Part shown: positions 1 to 8,573 of the stretch, in pieces
How positions within the stretch are numbered: position 1 is the stretch's first letter
Layout of the letters: every line of letters begins with the position of its first letter
Assembly: GCA_016432365.1 (NCBI GenBank)
Contig: CP066686.1
Span: 938,918-1,002,917, forward strand
DNA length: 64,000 nucleotides
Source of the DNA: Candidatus Woesebacteria bacterium
GTDB taxonomy: Bacteria; Patescibacteriota; Microgenomatia; UBA8517
Direction of reading: 5' to 3'
The notes under the pieces: generated by a model
Told to the model about the DNA's origin: nothing
Seen by the model: only the letters and a program-made list of their open reading frames with translations
The model's database searches: none
Made by a program: the position numbers and the translations under genes

Positions 1-12
1 CTGTGAAATAAA

Positions 13-444
13 ATGGCCAGAAAAGTAAAAATAGTCGTCAAAATCAACTTGAAGGCAGCTGAGGCTACCCCCGCTCCTCCTGTGGGAACAGCTTTGGGAC
101 AGCACGGTGTAGCCATCATGGAGTTCGTTAAGCAATATAACGACAAAACTAAAGATCTCAAAGGGCAAGTTGCCCCCGCCGTCATTACGATTTACGATGA
201 CCGTAGCTTTACTTTTATAATCAAAAGGGCGCCTGTTGCCGACATGATCAAAAAGACTCTAGGTATAGAAAAAGGTGCAGGCAAAACCCCCAGGGAAACC
301 GCAGGAACGTTAACCAAAGAACAAATTCGCAAAATTGCCGAGGAAAAATTGGAAGACCTTAATACAAAAGACGTTGAAGCGGCAATGAAAATTGTTGCCG
401 GAACAGCGAGAAGTATGGGGGTTAAAACAGAAACTAGTAACTAG
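13..444 (+). CDS. rplK: 50S ribosomal protein L11
   Basis: Translation has the conserved L11 N-terminal motif (PPVGTALGQHGVAIMEFVKQYN), ~140 aa, immediately upstream of L1. Confidence 0.9.
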   Translation: MARKVKIVVKINLKAAEATPAPPVGTALGQHGVAIMEFVKQYNDKTKDLKGQVAPAVITIYDDRSFTFIIKRAPVADMIKKTLGIEKGAGKTPRETAGTLTKEQIRKIAEEKLEDLNTKDVEAAMKIVAGTARSMGVKTETSN

Positions 445-470
445 TAGCTAGAATCTAGTATCTAATTTGT

Positions 471-1277
471 ATGGGGAAAACTAAAACATCATTCGTAGGA
501 GAAGACAAAAACGAAAAGAAAAGCCACCTTGCTCACAAAAGTGAGGAGGGTAAAGTTCATGTCGCCGGACTCAAAGGCGGACAAAGAGTAAAAGTGGTTG
601 ATGCCGCCCCAACCGAAGAAGCTCCTATTTTTGAAGATGGCGCAAACCCAGAAGTGTCTGTGGTAAAAGCCAAAAAGAAAATTGTAGAAAAAATCAGGTC
701 CGTAAAGTATAAAGACGCCAAAAAGAAAATTGAACCTGGTAAAACTTATGCAATCGAAGCGGCAATTAAATTGGTAAAGGAAACTTCATATTCCAAATTT
801 GACGGAACAATGGAAGCCCACCTTGTACTTAAAAAGGCCGGGATTTCGGCCCAAGTTACCCTCCCCCATGCCGCAGGACGTGAGAAAAAGGTAGAAATTG
901 CATCGGATGAAACAATAGAAAAATTAAAGTCCGGAAAAATAGATTTTGATATTTTGATTGCAACCCCTGTTATGATGCCAAAACTTGTTCCCTTCGCGAG
1001 ACTCTTGGGACCCAAGGGGCTTATGCCAAACCCCAAAAACGGAACACTTGTAACAGATCCCAAAAAGGCCAATAGCTTCTCTGCTGGAACAGTTACTCTC
1101 AAAACCGAAAAAGAAGCACCTCTTGTTCACACAGTCGTCGGGAAAAATAGCCAAAAAGATGGGGAAATTGCAGACAATCTTAAAGCAATTTTCAAAGCTT
1201 TCGGAGGCGATAAACAAATCGTCCGCGCCTTCATTAAGTCGACTATGTCTCCAAGTGTCAAAGTGGAGGTCAAATAA
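471..1277 (+). CDS. rplA: 50S ribosomal protein L1 (with N-terminal K/E-rich extension)
   Basis: L1-like core (DGTMEAHLVLKKAGISAQ...IATPVMMPKL...LGPKGLMPNPKNGTL), follows rplK; ~40 aa lysine-rich N-terminal extension. Confidence 0.88.
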   Translation: MGKTKTSFVGEDKNEKKSHLAHKSEEGKVHVAGLKGGQRVKVVDAAPTEEAPIFEDGANPEVSVVKAKKKIVEKIRSVKYKDAKKKIEPGKTYAIEAAIKLVKETSYSKFDGTMEAHLVLKKAGISAQVTLPHAAGREKKVEIASDETIEKLKSGKIDFDILIATPVMMPKLVPFARLLGPKGLMPNPKNGTLVTDPKKANSFSAGTVTLKTEKEAPLVHTVVGKNSQKDGEIADNLKAIFKAFGGDKQIVRAFIKSTMSPSVKVEVK

Positions 1278-1283
1278 CTAAAT

Positions 1284-1487
1284 CTACTTTTTTTGTTCCT
1301 TAATCCCGTTTATTTTCTCAAGTATCGTCTTTTTTCTATCTTCCGGGAAGCTTTTGGGGAGATTTGCATTCATCCAATCCATTATTTCTTCATCGGTTGC
1401 GGTTCTAAAATCAAAAACTTCCTCATCGTCATCTTCCAACAAAAATCTAAAATCCGCTGTAATTCCCTCGTTTTTAATTTTATTCAT
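1284..1487 (-). CDS. small acidic hypothetical protein (67 aa), translationally coupled to upstream 308-aa ORF
   Basis: ORF with ATGA stop/start overlap with 1484..2410; Asp/Glu-rich; no recognisable family. Confidence 0.35.
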   Translation of the reverse strand: MNKIKNEGITADFRFLLEDDDEEVFDFRTATDEEIMDWMNANLPKSFPEDRKKTILEKINGIKEQKK

Positions 1488-2410
1488 ATTCCTCCTTTTG
1501 GTACGAGACCTGACGCTTCCGCTTGTGCGGTAAAGGATTTTACCACAGATTCGTCCAACACTCTTCCAAAAACATCCAATTTTACCCCTTTGTGGTCATA
1601 ACTTGGAACCTCTACCATAAAACACCCTGCCACTACATGTTGCCCCGTGCCCGCAGCAGCTAGCAGTTCATCCCGTTTTTTGAACATCTTTGTGACAGTT
1701 TCGGTTTCCAACATTCTCGAACCAACCCATGCTCCCTGAGATGTAACGTTGCTTTCGTTAAAAAACTCAACCGACCCCTTTCCGTCACCTGTCGATTTTA
1801 ACTGAATCAAATTTATGTGACGAACCCCATTTTCTTCATAGTCTAATATAAAATCTGTCCCACTTGTTGCGTCGTCGGACGGAGAAGCAAAAAAATCTCT
1901 AATCTTCATATCACTTTTTTTAATTGACTTTTTAAGCATGTCGGCAAAAGTTAAATTCGACATCCAACCTAAAAGTACTCTTTTACCAACCGTATCAGTC
2001 AGCAACTTTAATTTTGAAGACAGGCCTCTTTCTATTTCACTTTGTCTGTGCTCATCTGAAACTCGGCTATCTTCGCCCAGTAAATGCAGAGTTACAGCAA
2101 ATTCCTGGCTAAGAAGCGATCTTCGCTTAAACCATTCAACCGAACTCGGATTTTTAACTCTTACTAAGTTTTTTGCATCCTCAGCAAACTCCCTGCCAAG
2201 CCAGTCCACCAAAGTGTCATCGATTATTTTCAGCTCTGTTCTCTCCACAGGAGTCTTAACCTCCCAGGCCCGAAGAACGTGTGTAAAATTTTCTACCGCA
2301 TCAAATGTATCTACTGCCATCCTGTAAAGATTACAACAGCAACAACCTAATGGCAAGAAGACGACTATTTCAGCTGACCATGGCGCCATTGATCTTTGCA
2401 GCCTTCCCAT
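1484..2410 (-). CDS. hypothetical protein (308 aa), ORFan inserted inside ribosomal-protein cluster
   Basis: Long ORF on opposite strand between rplA and rplJ; contains CCCC cysteine cluster near N-terminus; no family recognised by eye. Confidence 0.45.
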   Translation of the reverse strand: MGRLQRSMAPWSAEIVVFLPLGCCCCNLYRMAVDTFDAVENFTHVLRAWEVKTPVERTELKIIDDTLVDWLGREFAEDAKNLVRVKNPSSVEWFKRRSLLSQEFAVTLHLLGEDSRVSDEHRQSEIERGLSSKLKLLTDTVGKRVLLGWMSNLTFADMLKKSIKKSDMKIRDFFASPSDDATSGTDFILDYEENGVRHINLIQLKSTGDGKGSVEFFNESNVTSQGAWVGSRMLETETVTKMFKKRDELLAAAGTGQHVVAGCFMVEVPSYDHKGVKLDVFGRVLDESVVKSFTAQAEASGLVPKGGI

Positions 2411-2456
2411 AGTATAATTCCCCCTGTACGTTATCTTATTTTGTAGAGGTGATAAG

Positions 2457-2756
2457 TTGAATTACAAGAAACTGCTTAAAATAGCCACAGATCTTACACA
2501 ACCCGTCATTGAAGCTCTGGCAGCCGGAAATCCTGTTGAAGGGCCAACAAAGAGTCTCTTTAACAAACTAAATGACGAGGACCAGCCGGATGAGAAAGCC
2601 GCCCGAAATATTGCCTTGTTTCTTGGGGGCGAAGTTGAAAAGTTGAAGGACAACGAGAAGTATCAACGTTTACTGTGGTACGACATTTCTTTTGAGGCTA
2701 AAGAGCTTGGTAAAAATAGATACACAGTAATAATGTCCTACAGCCGCCAGTTGTAA
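2457..2756 (+). CDS. hypothetical protein (99 aa)
   Basis: ORF divergent from 1484..2410; no recognisable motifs. Confidence 0.35.
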   Translation: MNYKKLLKIATDLTQPVIEALAAGNPVEGPTKSLFNKLNDEDQPDEKAARNIALFLGGEVEKLKDNEKYQRLLWYDISFEAKELGKNRYTVIMSYSRQL

Positions 2757-3104
2757 CAAAACCAGATACCGTGAGGTTTAATCAACAATAAACCCACGGT
2801 ATCTAAAAAACTCCTCCAATTTACCATAAAACAATTGCATTTTCGTAGATAAAAGTGTAAATTTTCTATATGGCAGAAGGCGGAGACAATGATAGTAAGT
2901 TTATGAATGCTGCTGACCTTCAAAATTTTTGGGCAGAGAAAGATGTCGAAACAGCCTCCACCGCTCCGATAAACATAGGTAAAGCTCAAGAACGAGTCGT
3001 CGCAGGGCAAAAAACAGCAGTTGCCAATCCCACGGGACTTGAGGAAGTTACTGCCAATGCGGCAAAAGTCGCAAAAGAACAGCGCAAAACCACCTAAGTA
3101 GTCC

Positions 3105-3133
3105 TTGATTCCATCTCCCCGCTTTGCTATACT
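3105..3133 (+). promoter_or_regulatory. sigma70-like promoter for rplJ-rplL (TTGATT-17 bp-TATACT)
   Basis: TTGATT at 3105-3110, 17-nt spacer, TATACT at 3128-3133; ~100 nt upstream of rplJ ATG. Confidence 0.5.
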
Positions 3134-3139
3134 AGCCCC

Positions 3140-3234
3140 TAGTCCGAAGAAAGTGTGTAGGGAAACCGTAATTCGCACTGGAGGAAGCTAATTTCTTCAG
3201 TGTTGGCGCCCCTTCACCATTTTCAGACAAAAAC
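3140..3234 (+). promoter_or_regulatory. rplJ 5' leader (candidate L10(L12)4 autoregulatory leader)
   Basis: ~95-nt untranslated leader between the promoter and rplJ; position matches known L10 leaders; structure not verified. Confidence 0.3.
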
Positions 3235-3753
3235 ATGTTAAAAGCTCAAAAAGTTACATTTGTAGAAGATCTAACAGGAAAACTGAAAGACGCCAAATCC
3301 TTAGTCCTTGTTAACTATTCCGGACTTAACGTCAAAGCCCAACAAGACCTAAAAGAGAAGCTAAACACGGCAGGAGCCCGCATGGTCGTAATTAAGAATA
3401 CCCTGCTTAAGAGAGCCGGCAAGGCGGCTAAAATAGACGAAGGAATGTTGGAAGATACAATCCTCCAAGGACAAACAGCTCTGGTAATTTCTAGTGAGGA
3501 TGCTGTCGCCCCCATTCAAATATTGGGGAAGTTCGCAAAAGAAAACGAAGTGCCAAAGTTTAAAGTAGGCATTGTTGACGGGATGTTCCAAGATACAGCC
3601 TCTCTGACAAAACTTTCTACGCTTCCGGGACGAGATGTTCTACTAGGACAGCTCTTGGGAAGCCTTATGTCGCCGATGTATGGACTTGTGGGAACACTTA
3701 GTAGCCCAATGCAACAACTCGTTTACACTTTAAATGCAAAGGTTAAAAGTTAA
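3235..3753 (+). CDS. rplJ: 50S ribosomal protein L10
   Basis: L10-like sequence (LVLVNYSGLNVKAQQDLKEKL...), precedes L7/L12. Confidence 0.88.
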   Translation: MLKAQKVTFVEDLTGKLKDAKSLVLVNYSGLNVKAQQDLKEKLNTAGARMVVIKNTLLKRAGKAAKIDEGMLEDTILQGQTALVISSEDAVAPIQILGKFAKENEVPKFKVGIVDGMFQDTASLTKLSTLPGRDVLLGQLLGSLMSPMYGLVGTLSSPMQQLVYTLNAKVKS

Positions 3754-3774
3754 AAGGCAAAATTTCAAGTAAAA

Positions 3775-3866
3775 ATTAATAACCAGCTTCGCTGTCAAAA
3801 ACTTTTTACTTTTGAATTGAATTTTTGAATTTTGATTTTTGAGTTTTAAATTAGAATTGAGGTGAA
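3775..3866. repeat. AT-rich TTTTGA(A/C)TTTT microsatellite-like dispersed repeat (rplJ-rplL spacer)
   Basis: ttttgaattgaatttttgaattttgatttttgagtttt seen directly. Confidence 0.6.
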
Positions 3867-3871
3867 TATAT

Positions 3872-4276
3872 ATGGCAGAAGAAACAACAAAAGAAAATAA
3901 AGCAGTAGAAAAATTAGTTGAAGAAATTGCAAAGCTTAGTGTTTTGGATCTTTCGGAATTAGTTAGCGCACTTCAAGAAAAACTTGGAGTTTCCGCTATG
4001 CCCGTAGCAGCCGCAGCGGCACCAGTCGCCAGTGGCGAAGCAGCTCCAGCAGCTGATGAAGGAGGTCTTAAAACAGTTGTCATGACAAACGCAGGAGGAA
4101 ACAAGATTGGTGTAATCAAAGCGCTTCGTGAGATTAACCAGAACTTAACCTTGATGGATGCAAAAGGAATGACAGAAGCGGTTCCTGCAGAAATTCTTAA
4201 AGATGCAAAAGCAGAAGATGCAAAAAGCGCTGAGGAAAAATTGAAAGCAGCCGGTGCAACAGTAGAACTGAAGTAA
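3872..4276 (+). CDS. rplL: 50S ribosomal protein L7/L12
   Basis: Classical L7/L12: N-terminal dimerisation helix, Ala/Pro hinge (AAAAAPVASGEAAPAA), C-terminal domain (GVIKALREI...GATVELK). AAGGAG-like RBS (ttgaggtgaatat) upstream. Confidence 0.92.
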   Translation: MAEETTKENKAVEKLVEEIAKLSVLDLSELVSALQEKLGVSAMPVAAAAAPVASGEAAPAADEGGLKTVVMTNAGGNKIGVIKALREINQNLTLMDAKGMTEAVPAEILKDAKAEDAKSAEEKLKAAGATVELK

Positions 4277-4282
4277 CAAATT

Positions 4283-4327
4283 ATCCCGCAATGTTTACAC
4301 TTTGTGATAAAATGCGGGATTTTTTGT
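4283..4327 (+). terminator. rho-independent terminator after rplL
   Basis: ATCCCGCA ... TGCGGGAT inverted repeat followed by TTTTTTG. Confidence 0.6.
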
Positions 4328-4434
4328 GGGTGGAACTTCGTGAAATGTTTGGGTGTGAAATAAGGTCGTATTTTCACGAAATGGTGGATAATTAAGTTGA
4401 TCAAAATTAATATTAAATACCCTATTTTCGGCTT

Positions 4435-5328
4435 TTATTGTAGAAGATAATTTATAACCTTTTGAGCTACATTGATTGTTGTTGCCTTTTCAAACCCCTC
4501 AAACTGACAGGATCTATTGACCTCCAAAACTATCCATTTGCCCTCGATATTCCGCATAAGATCTACCCCACAATAATCAAGTTTGAATAGTTTGACTGTG
4601 TTTGTGGCTATCGAACTTGCCTCGGAATCTTCCCCTATTCTATATTCTTCTACCAGTCCACCCTGAGAAAAATTACTTAGGAAATTTCCCGGCTTGGCCG
4701 TCCTCTTCATGGCACCAACGATTTTTCCGCCCAACATAACAACCCTCAAATCTACCGCGTTCGGCAAAAACCTTTGAAAAAGTAGGGCTTTTACTTTAAA
4801 GTTTGAATTAAATTTTTTAAGAAGTTCGTCAAGTTCGTTATCATTTGAGATTTTGAAAACACCCGTCCCGCAACTTCCTATAACATCTTTTGCGATAAAT
4901 GGATAGTTACTTTTGCCCCATTTAACGAGCTCCTCAATTGATGCAAAACTAAAGCTTTCGGCAACAGGCAATCCTACCGACGACAAATTAATATATTGTG
5001 TTGTTTTGTCCAAAGACGGCCACTTATCGTATGACATTTCGTTCAGGATTTTTGTTCCCTTGGATTTATACCATAAAAGGATTGCGGTTCTTAAAGGGTT
5101 GTACATACTGTCCTCTCCCAGCCCCCTTAAAAAAATTCCTTTTGGAATTGGCATTTTTTCACCCTTTAAATTGAGCTCCATTCCGTCATTTGAATAAACA
5201 ATATTTATATCTTTGTAATGGATCACCCGAAGATCAACATTAAGTTTATTAGCCTCTTCACTTAATCTTTTTGGGGCGTAGGCCATCGGCCCTGTTGTAA
5301 ATAAAATTATATCGCAATCAAAATGCAT
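4435..5328 (-). CDS. ATP-grasp amidoligase, RimK-like (4th of 4 tandem ATP-grasp genes)
   Basis: ATP-grasp C-terminal signature resembling RimK (CGVDLMRNIEGKWIVLEVNRSCQFEGFEKATTINVAQKVI). Probable start at MHFDCD (5328); longer ORF to 5388 is likely upstream extension. Confidence 0.75.
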   Translation of the reverse strand: MHFDCDIILFTTGPMAYAPKRLSEEANKLNVDLRVIHYKDINIVYSNDGMELNLKGEKMPIPKGIFLRGLGEDSMYNPLRTAILLWYKSKGTKILNEMSYDKWPSLDKTTQYINLSSVGLPVAESFSFASIEELVKWGKSNYPFIAKDVIGSCGTGVFKISNDNELDELLKKFNSNFKVKALLFQRFLPNAVDLRVVMLGGKIVGAMKRTAKPGNFLSNFSQGGLVEEYRIGEDSEASSIATNTVKLFKLDYCGVDLMRNIEGKWIVLEVNRSCQFEGFEKATTINVAQKVINYLLQ

Positions 5329-5341
5329 AGTCGGTATTGTA

Positions 5342-6277
5342 CTACATTTTAGAGGAAAAATTGGTAATAAGTGCCATAAGAAAAACATCTCTGTTTTTCA
5401 TCTCCCATTTAGGGAAACCTATCTGGTCGTTAATTTCAAATATCAGAGGAGTCCCCTTCTCATCAATTCCAAAGTCCAAACTAAACATCGGGTTGTCGTA
5501 TTCATCATAGAATTTTTTGGATATTACTCTGACTATTTTTTTGACAGATTCCGGGACTAGCCCGTAATCAATTTCCGTTAAATTTCCACCTTGGGCGGCG
5601 TTTGCCAAAAACGTTCCCGGGGCAGGAACTCTTACGTGGCACCAGGCAACCTTCCCGTTAACAACAACAATCCGCAAATCATGTTTGCCGGGTGTTATCC
5701 CGGGGATGCCGTTTGCTGTATCAACAAATTCCTGCAATATGAATTTGGTATCTTCTTTTTCGGGTTTAAATTCTTTGAGTTTTTCTTTTGAACCTATAAA
5801 AATTCCTTTACCGCGCAATCCGTTGTAAGGCTTTAGAACTATGGTTTCTGTAGAGATTTTACCCAATAGATCAAAGACGTTTTTGTATTCCCCAACCCAT
5901 AAAGTTTTTGGCATATACTCTTCAAGTATTTGATATGCCTCCCACTTATCGCAGGTTAACTCCTTAAATTTTCTGCAGTTAACAACTCTTAAATTATCAT
6001 TATTTCTTGGCGGAAAATCCAAGTCGCCTACCCAGTCGAAAACCAAATCAATTTTTATTTCATTTTCCAATCTCTCAAATGTCCCATTTTTAAATAACCA
6101 GACACCGTTAAATATTCCGTTCCCAATATAGGTTTTTTTTGTTAAAACATAGACTTCCCAACCTTGATTTTGACAAAGTTCCAGGAGCCGAATATACACG
6201 GGTCTTTTAACGGAAATGTGACTAAGAGGGTTATCTCCCACAAAATCTTTACCGAAACACATCCCAAATCGAGTCAT
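5342..6277 (-). CDS. ATP-grasp amidoligase (YheC/D- or ST-type-like)
   Basis: VLKPYNGLRGKGIFIG ... FSLDFGIDEKGTPLIFEINDQIGFP ATP-grasp motifs; stop/start overlap with neighbouring genes. Confidence 0.7.
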   Translation of the reverse strand: MTRFGMCFGKDFVGDNPLSHISVKRPVYIRLLELCQNQGWEVYVLTKKTYIGNGIFNGVWLFKNGTFERLENEIKIDLVFDWVGDLDFPPRNNDNLRVVNCRKFKELTCDKWEAYQILEEYMPKTLWVGEYKNVFDLLGKISTETIVLKPYNGLRGKGIFIGSKEKLKEFKPEKEDTKFILQEFVDTANGIPGITPGKHDLRIVVVNGKVAWCHVRVPAPGTFLANAAQGGNLTEIDYGLVPESVKKIVRVISKKFYDEYDNPMFSLDFGIDEKGTPLIFEINDQIGFPKWEMKNRDVFLMALITNFSSKM

Positions 6278-7170
6278 TTTGAAAGTTTCTTGTCTAAAAA
6301 TTTAATCAACTCCGATATTTCCGGACTTACCGATGTGTCGTAATTAAATCCCGGTCCGCGGTTTACTTCAAATATGTAAGGCTTTCCTGTATCCTTTTCG
6401 ATAGCCAGGTCAACCCCAGCGATTTGAATATTCAGACACTTTGCAGCATTAACTGCGATTTCTTGCATCTCGGGACTAATAGAAACTACGTCAAGATATC
6501 TTTCGTATTCATTCATATTTGAATAATTTAATTTTAATTGAGAATAGTCTCTTGGAACTTTTGTATGTACGACTTTTACTTCATCTCCGAGTACTAACAA
6601 TCTGTATTCGCTCTCTAACGGAATATATTTCTGGAAAAGATATTTTGCAATTCTGCCTTTTTCTCCAACTTTTTTCGGCAAATCTTCAAATTGTTTTTTA
6701 TCGCTAATTGCATAAATTCCTGTCATGTGTTGCCCGACCAATTCTTTTGCAACAATCGGAAAACCCAACTCCGAAATAATATAGTCTTCATATCTTTTGA
6801 TATTAATACCCATACAAAATATTGTAGGCGGAACAGGAATGCCACCAATCGAAAGTTTTAAATAAGAAGTAAGCTTATCTCCGGCCGCCCCGATTTCACT
6901 AAAACTTCTGTCAAAATAAGGAACCTTGAGTTTATCTAAACATCTTGCCAAACTTCCCGCCAATGCAAAATGCGAATGGTCTGCACGACGGATATACACT
7001 AGGCCAAAATCTGAGATATTGACACCCTTTACCAGGACTTGGAGGTTACTTCCGTTTATATCAAACAATAGGTCCGTAAATGTGGCTATTATGGCTCCCG
7101 ATTTTTCCCCTAAAATTTCTGCCTTCGACCCAATTTTATCGAACAGGATTAACGTTCTTTTTTTTGTCAT
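6274..7170 (-). CDS. ATP-grasp amidoligase, RimK-like
   Basis: GFPIVAKELVGQHMTGIY ... QIAGVDLAIEKDTGKPYIFEVNRGPGFNYD; 4-nt overlap with flanking genes. Confidence 0.75.
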   Translation of the reverse strand: MTKKRTLILFDKIGSKAEILGEKSGAIIATFTDLLFDINGSNLQVLVKGVNISDFGLVYIRRADHSHFALAGSLARCLDKLKVPYFDRSFSEIGAAGDKLTSYLKLSIGGIPVPPTIFCMGINIKRYEDYIISELGFPIVAKELVGQHMTGIYAISDKKQFEDLPKKVGEKGRIAKYLFQKYIPLESEYRLLVLGDEVKVVHTKVPRDYSQLKLNYSNMNEYERYLDVVSISPEMQEIAVNAAKCLNIQIAGVDLAIEKDTGKPYIFEVNRGPGFNYDTSVSPEISELIKFLDKKLSK

Positions 7171-8459
7171 TTTGTATAGTCATCAACCTTAACCAAAAAA
7201 TTTTGCAGGTCGCGGCGGCCAATTATCATGGCATGTTTGAGCCCGCGACGCCCAGCAATAGTTCCGACTGTGTTAACAAGACGCCCTGCTAAATAATACC
7301 TTAAATTGATTGTGGGGCGCATCTCCGAACCCATGGAGGTCGTGACTTTCTTCTGCCAAAGTATGTTCTCCTTAGTTAAAAGTCCCAAATTTTCGGCTAA
7401 TTCCTTATCTATTGAACTATTCCAAGCCCCAGTATCGACTTTCGCCAAAACTTCTACTTTCTTTTTATCCCCGGTTATCACCTTCACCGTTTCCTTGGTT
7501 CCAATTGTCTTAATGCCCTCTTCCAACTGTTCTGCATCTTGATATCTCCCGGCGAACAAGAGTTTGGCGATTCTAACTCCATGATTAGCATCGGTAATTT
7601 CCAAATCATCTACTCTGTCAAGTCTGCGTCTTAACCCCTCACCATTTGCAATTTGAATCTGAAGTCCCGGCTGAGCGTTCATTTCGAGGACCATTGGGCC
7701 CTTTTCCGGATGAATAACGATATCAATTCCCGCATAACCAAGTCTAGAAGCTATTGAAGCATTTACTGCGGTCGTAAGAACCAAATCCCAATTGGGTATC
7801 TTTATTCCTCGCAACTTCTTCTCAGTTCCCGGTTTGAATACAATTTGATTCCCGTGCCAAATCGCTTTTGTCGTAATGCCCGTTGCAATATCAACACCAA
7901 GTCCCAAAGCCCCCTGATGCAAGTTAGCCCTACCTCCGGATTCCTTTGTCGGCAACCTAAGCATTGCCATAACAGGTATTTTATTAAAAACTATTACCCG
8001 GACGTCGGGAGTCCCTCTATATGCCCATTTTCTAAATGCTTCGGCCCTACCCACATATTCCTGCGCAAAAGCAACATCAGGTTCGTTTCCCATTGAATAG
8101 GCACCTTCGAGAATATCTAGAGTGTGAAGTTTCAGATCTGCTGTCGTTATTTTTTCTTTTTGAGTAGTCAACCACACGCCGTCCTTAAGCTTCTTTTTTA
8201 CAACTACTATCCCCTCTCCACCTAAGCCACGACTGGGTTTGAGTGCAAACCTGTCGGGAAAACTATCCCAATCAAAACTTAAAATTTCTGTAGGATCTCT
8301 AAATATTTTTAGGATTTTTGGAGACGGAACCCCGACTCTTTTTAAGATCCTTTCTGTTTGAATCTTAGAATCGGCAATCTTTTTACCTCGTGCGGTGTTG
8401 TAGCGGTATGCATACAATTGAGTGCGGGCATTTAGACCGAGAATGGAAGAGATTTTCAT
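7167..8459 (-). CDS. fusion: RimK-related alpha-L-glutamate-ligase-like ATP-grasp domain + clan-AA (retropepsin-like, DTGA) aspartic protease domain
   Basis: N-terminal ~300 aa ATP-grasp (LKPSRGLGGEGIVVV..., GIDIVIHPEKGPMVLEMNAQPGL); C-terminal ~120 aa with VDTGAWNS motif typical of the RimK-associated retropepsin-like 'ATP-dependent zinc protease' family. Confidence 0.7.
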   Translation of the reverse strand: MKISSILGLNARTQLYAYRYNTARGKKIADSKIQTERILKRVGVPSPKILKIFRDPTEILSFDWDSFPDRFALKPSRGLGGEGIVVVKKKLKDGVWLTTQKEKITTADLKLHTLDILEGAYSMGNEPDVAFAQEYVGRAEAFRKWAYRGTPDVRVIVFNKIPVMAMLRLPTKESGGRANLHQGALGLGVDIATGITTKAIWHGNQIVFKPGTEKKLRGIKIPNWDLVLTTAVNASIASRLGYAGIDIVIHPEKGPMVLEMNAQPGLQIQIANGEGLRRRLDRVDDLEITDANHGVRIAKLLFAGRYQDAEQLEEGIKTIGTKETVKVITGDKKKVEVLAKVDTGAWNSSIDKELAENLGLLTKENILWQKKVTTSMGSEMRPTINLRYYLAGRLVNTVGTIAGRRGLKHAMIIGRRDLQNFLVKVDDYTK

Positions 8460-8573
8460 AATTTATAAGTCAAAAGTTAAAAGTCGAAAGTCAAAAATAC
8501 AATTCAAAATTATAAAATTTCTGAAGCTGATTTTGACTTTTTAATTTAAATTTTGACTTTTGCATTTTGATTT
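8460..8573. repeat. dispersed TTTTGACTTTT/AAAAGTCAAAA repeat block
   Basis: gtcaaaagttaaaagtcgaaagtcaaaaa ... ttttgactttttaatttaaattttgacttttgcattttgatttttaactttt. Confidence 0.6.

Noticed and set aside
746-1217. Two minus-strand ORFs (118 and 97 aa) inside rplA
   Set aside because: Antisense to a confidently identified ribosomal protein gene; low-complexity translation; almost certainly spurious.
2870-3097. 75-aa ORF just upstream of the rplJ promoter
   Set aside because: No RBS, sits between an upstream ORF and the promoter; Ala/Lys-rich; coding status doubtful.
3973-4404. 143-aa minus-strand ORF overlapping rplL
   Set aside because: Antisense to L7/L12 coding sequence; Ala/Pro-rich mirror translation of the hinge; spurious.
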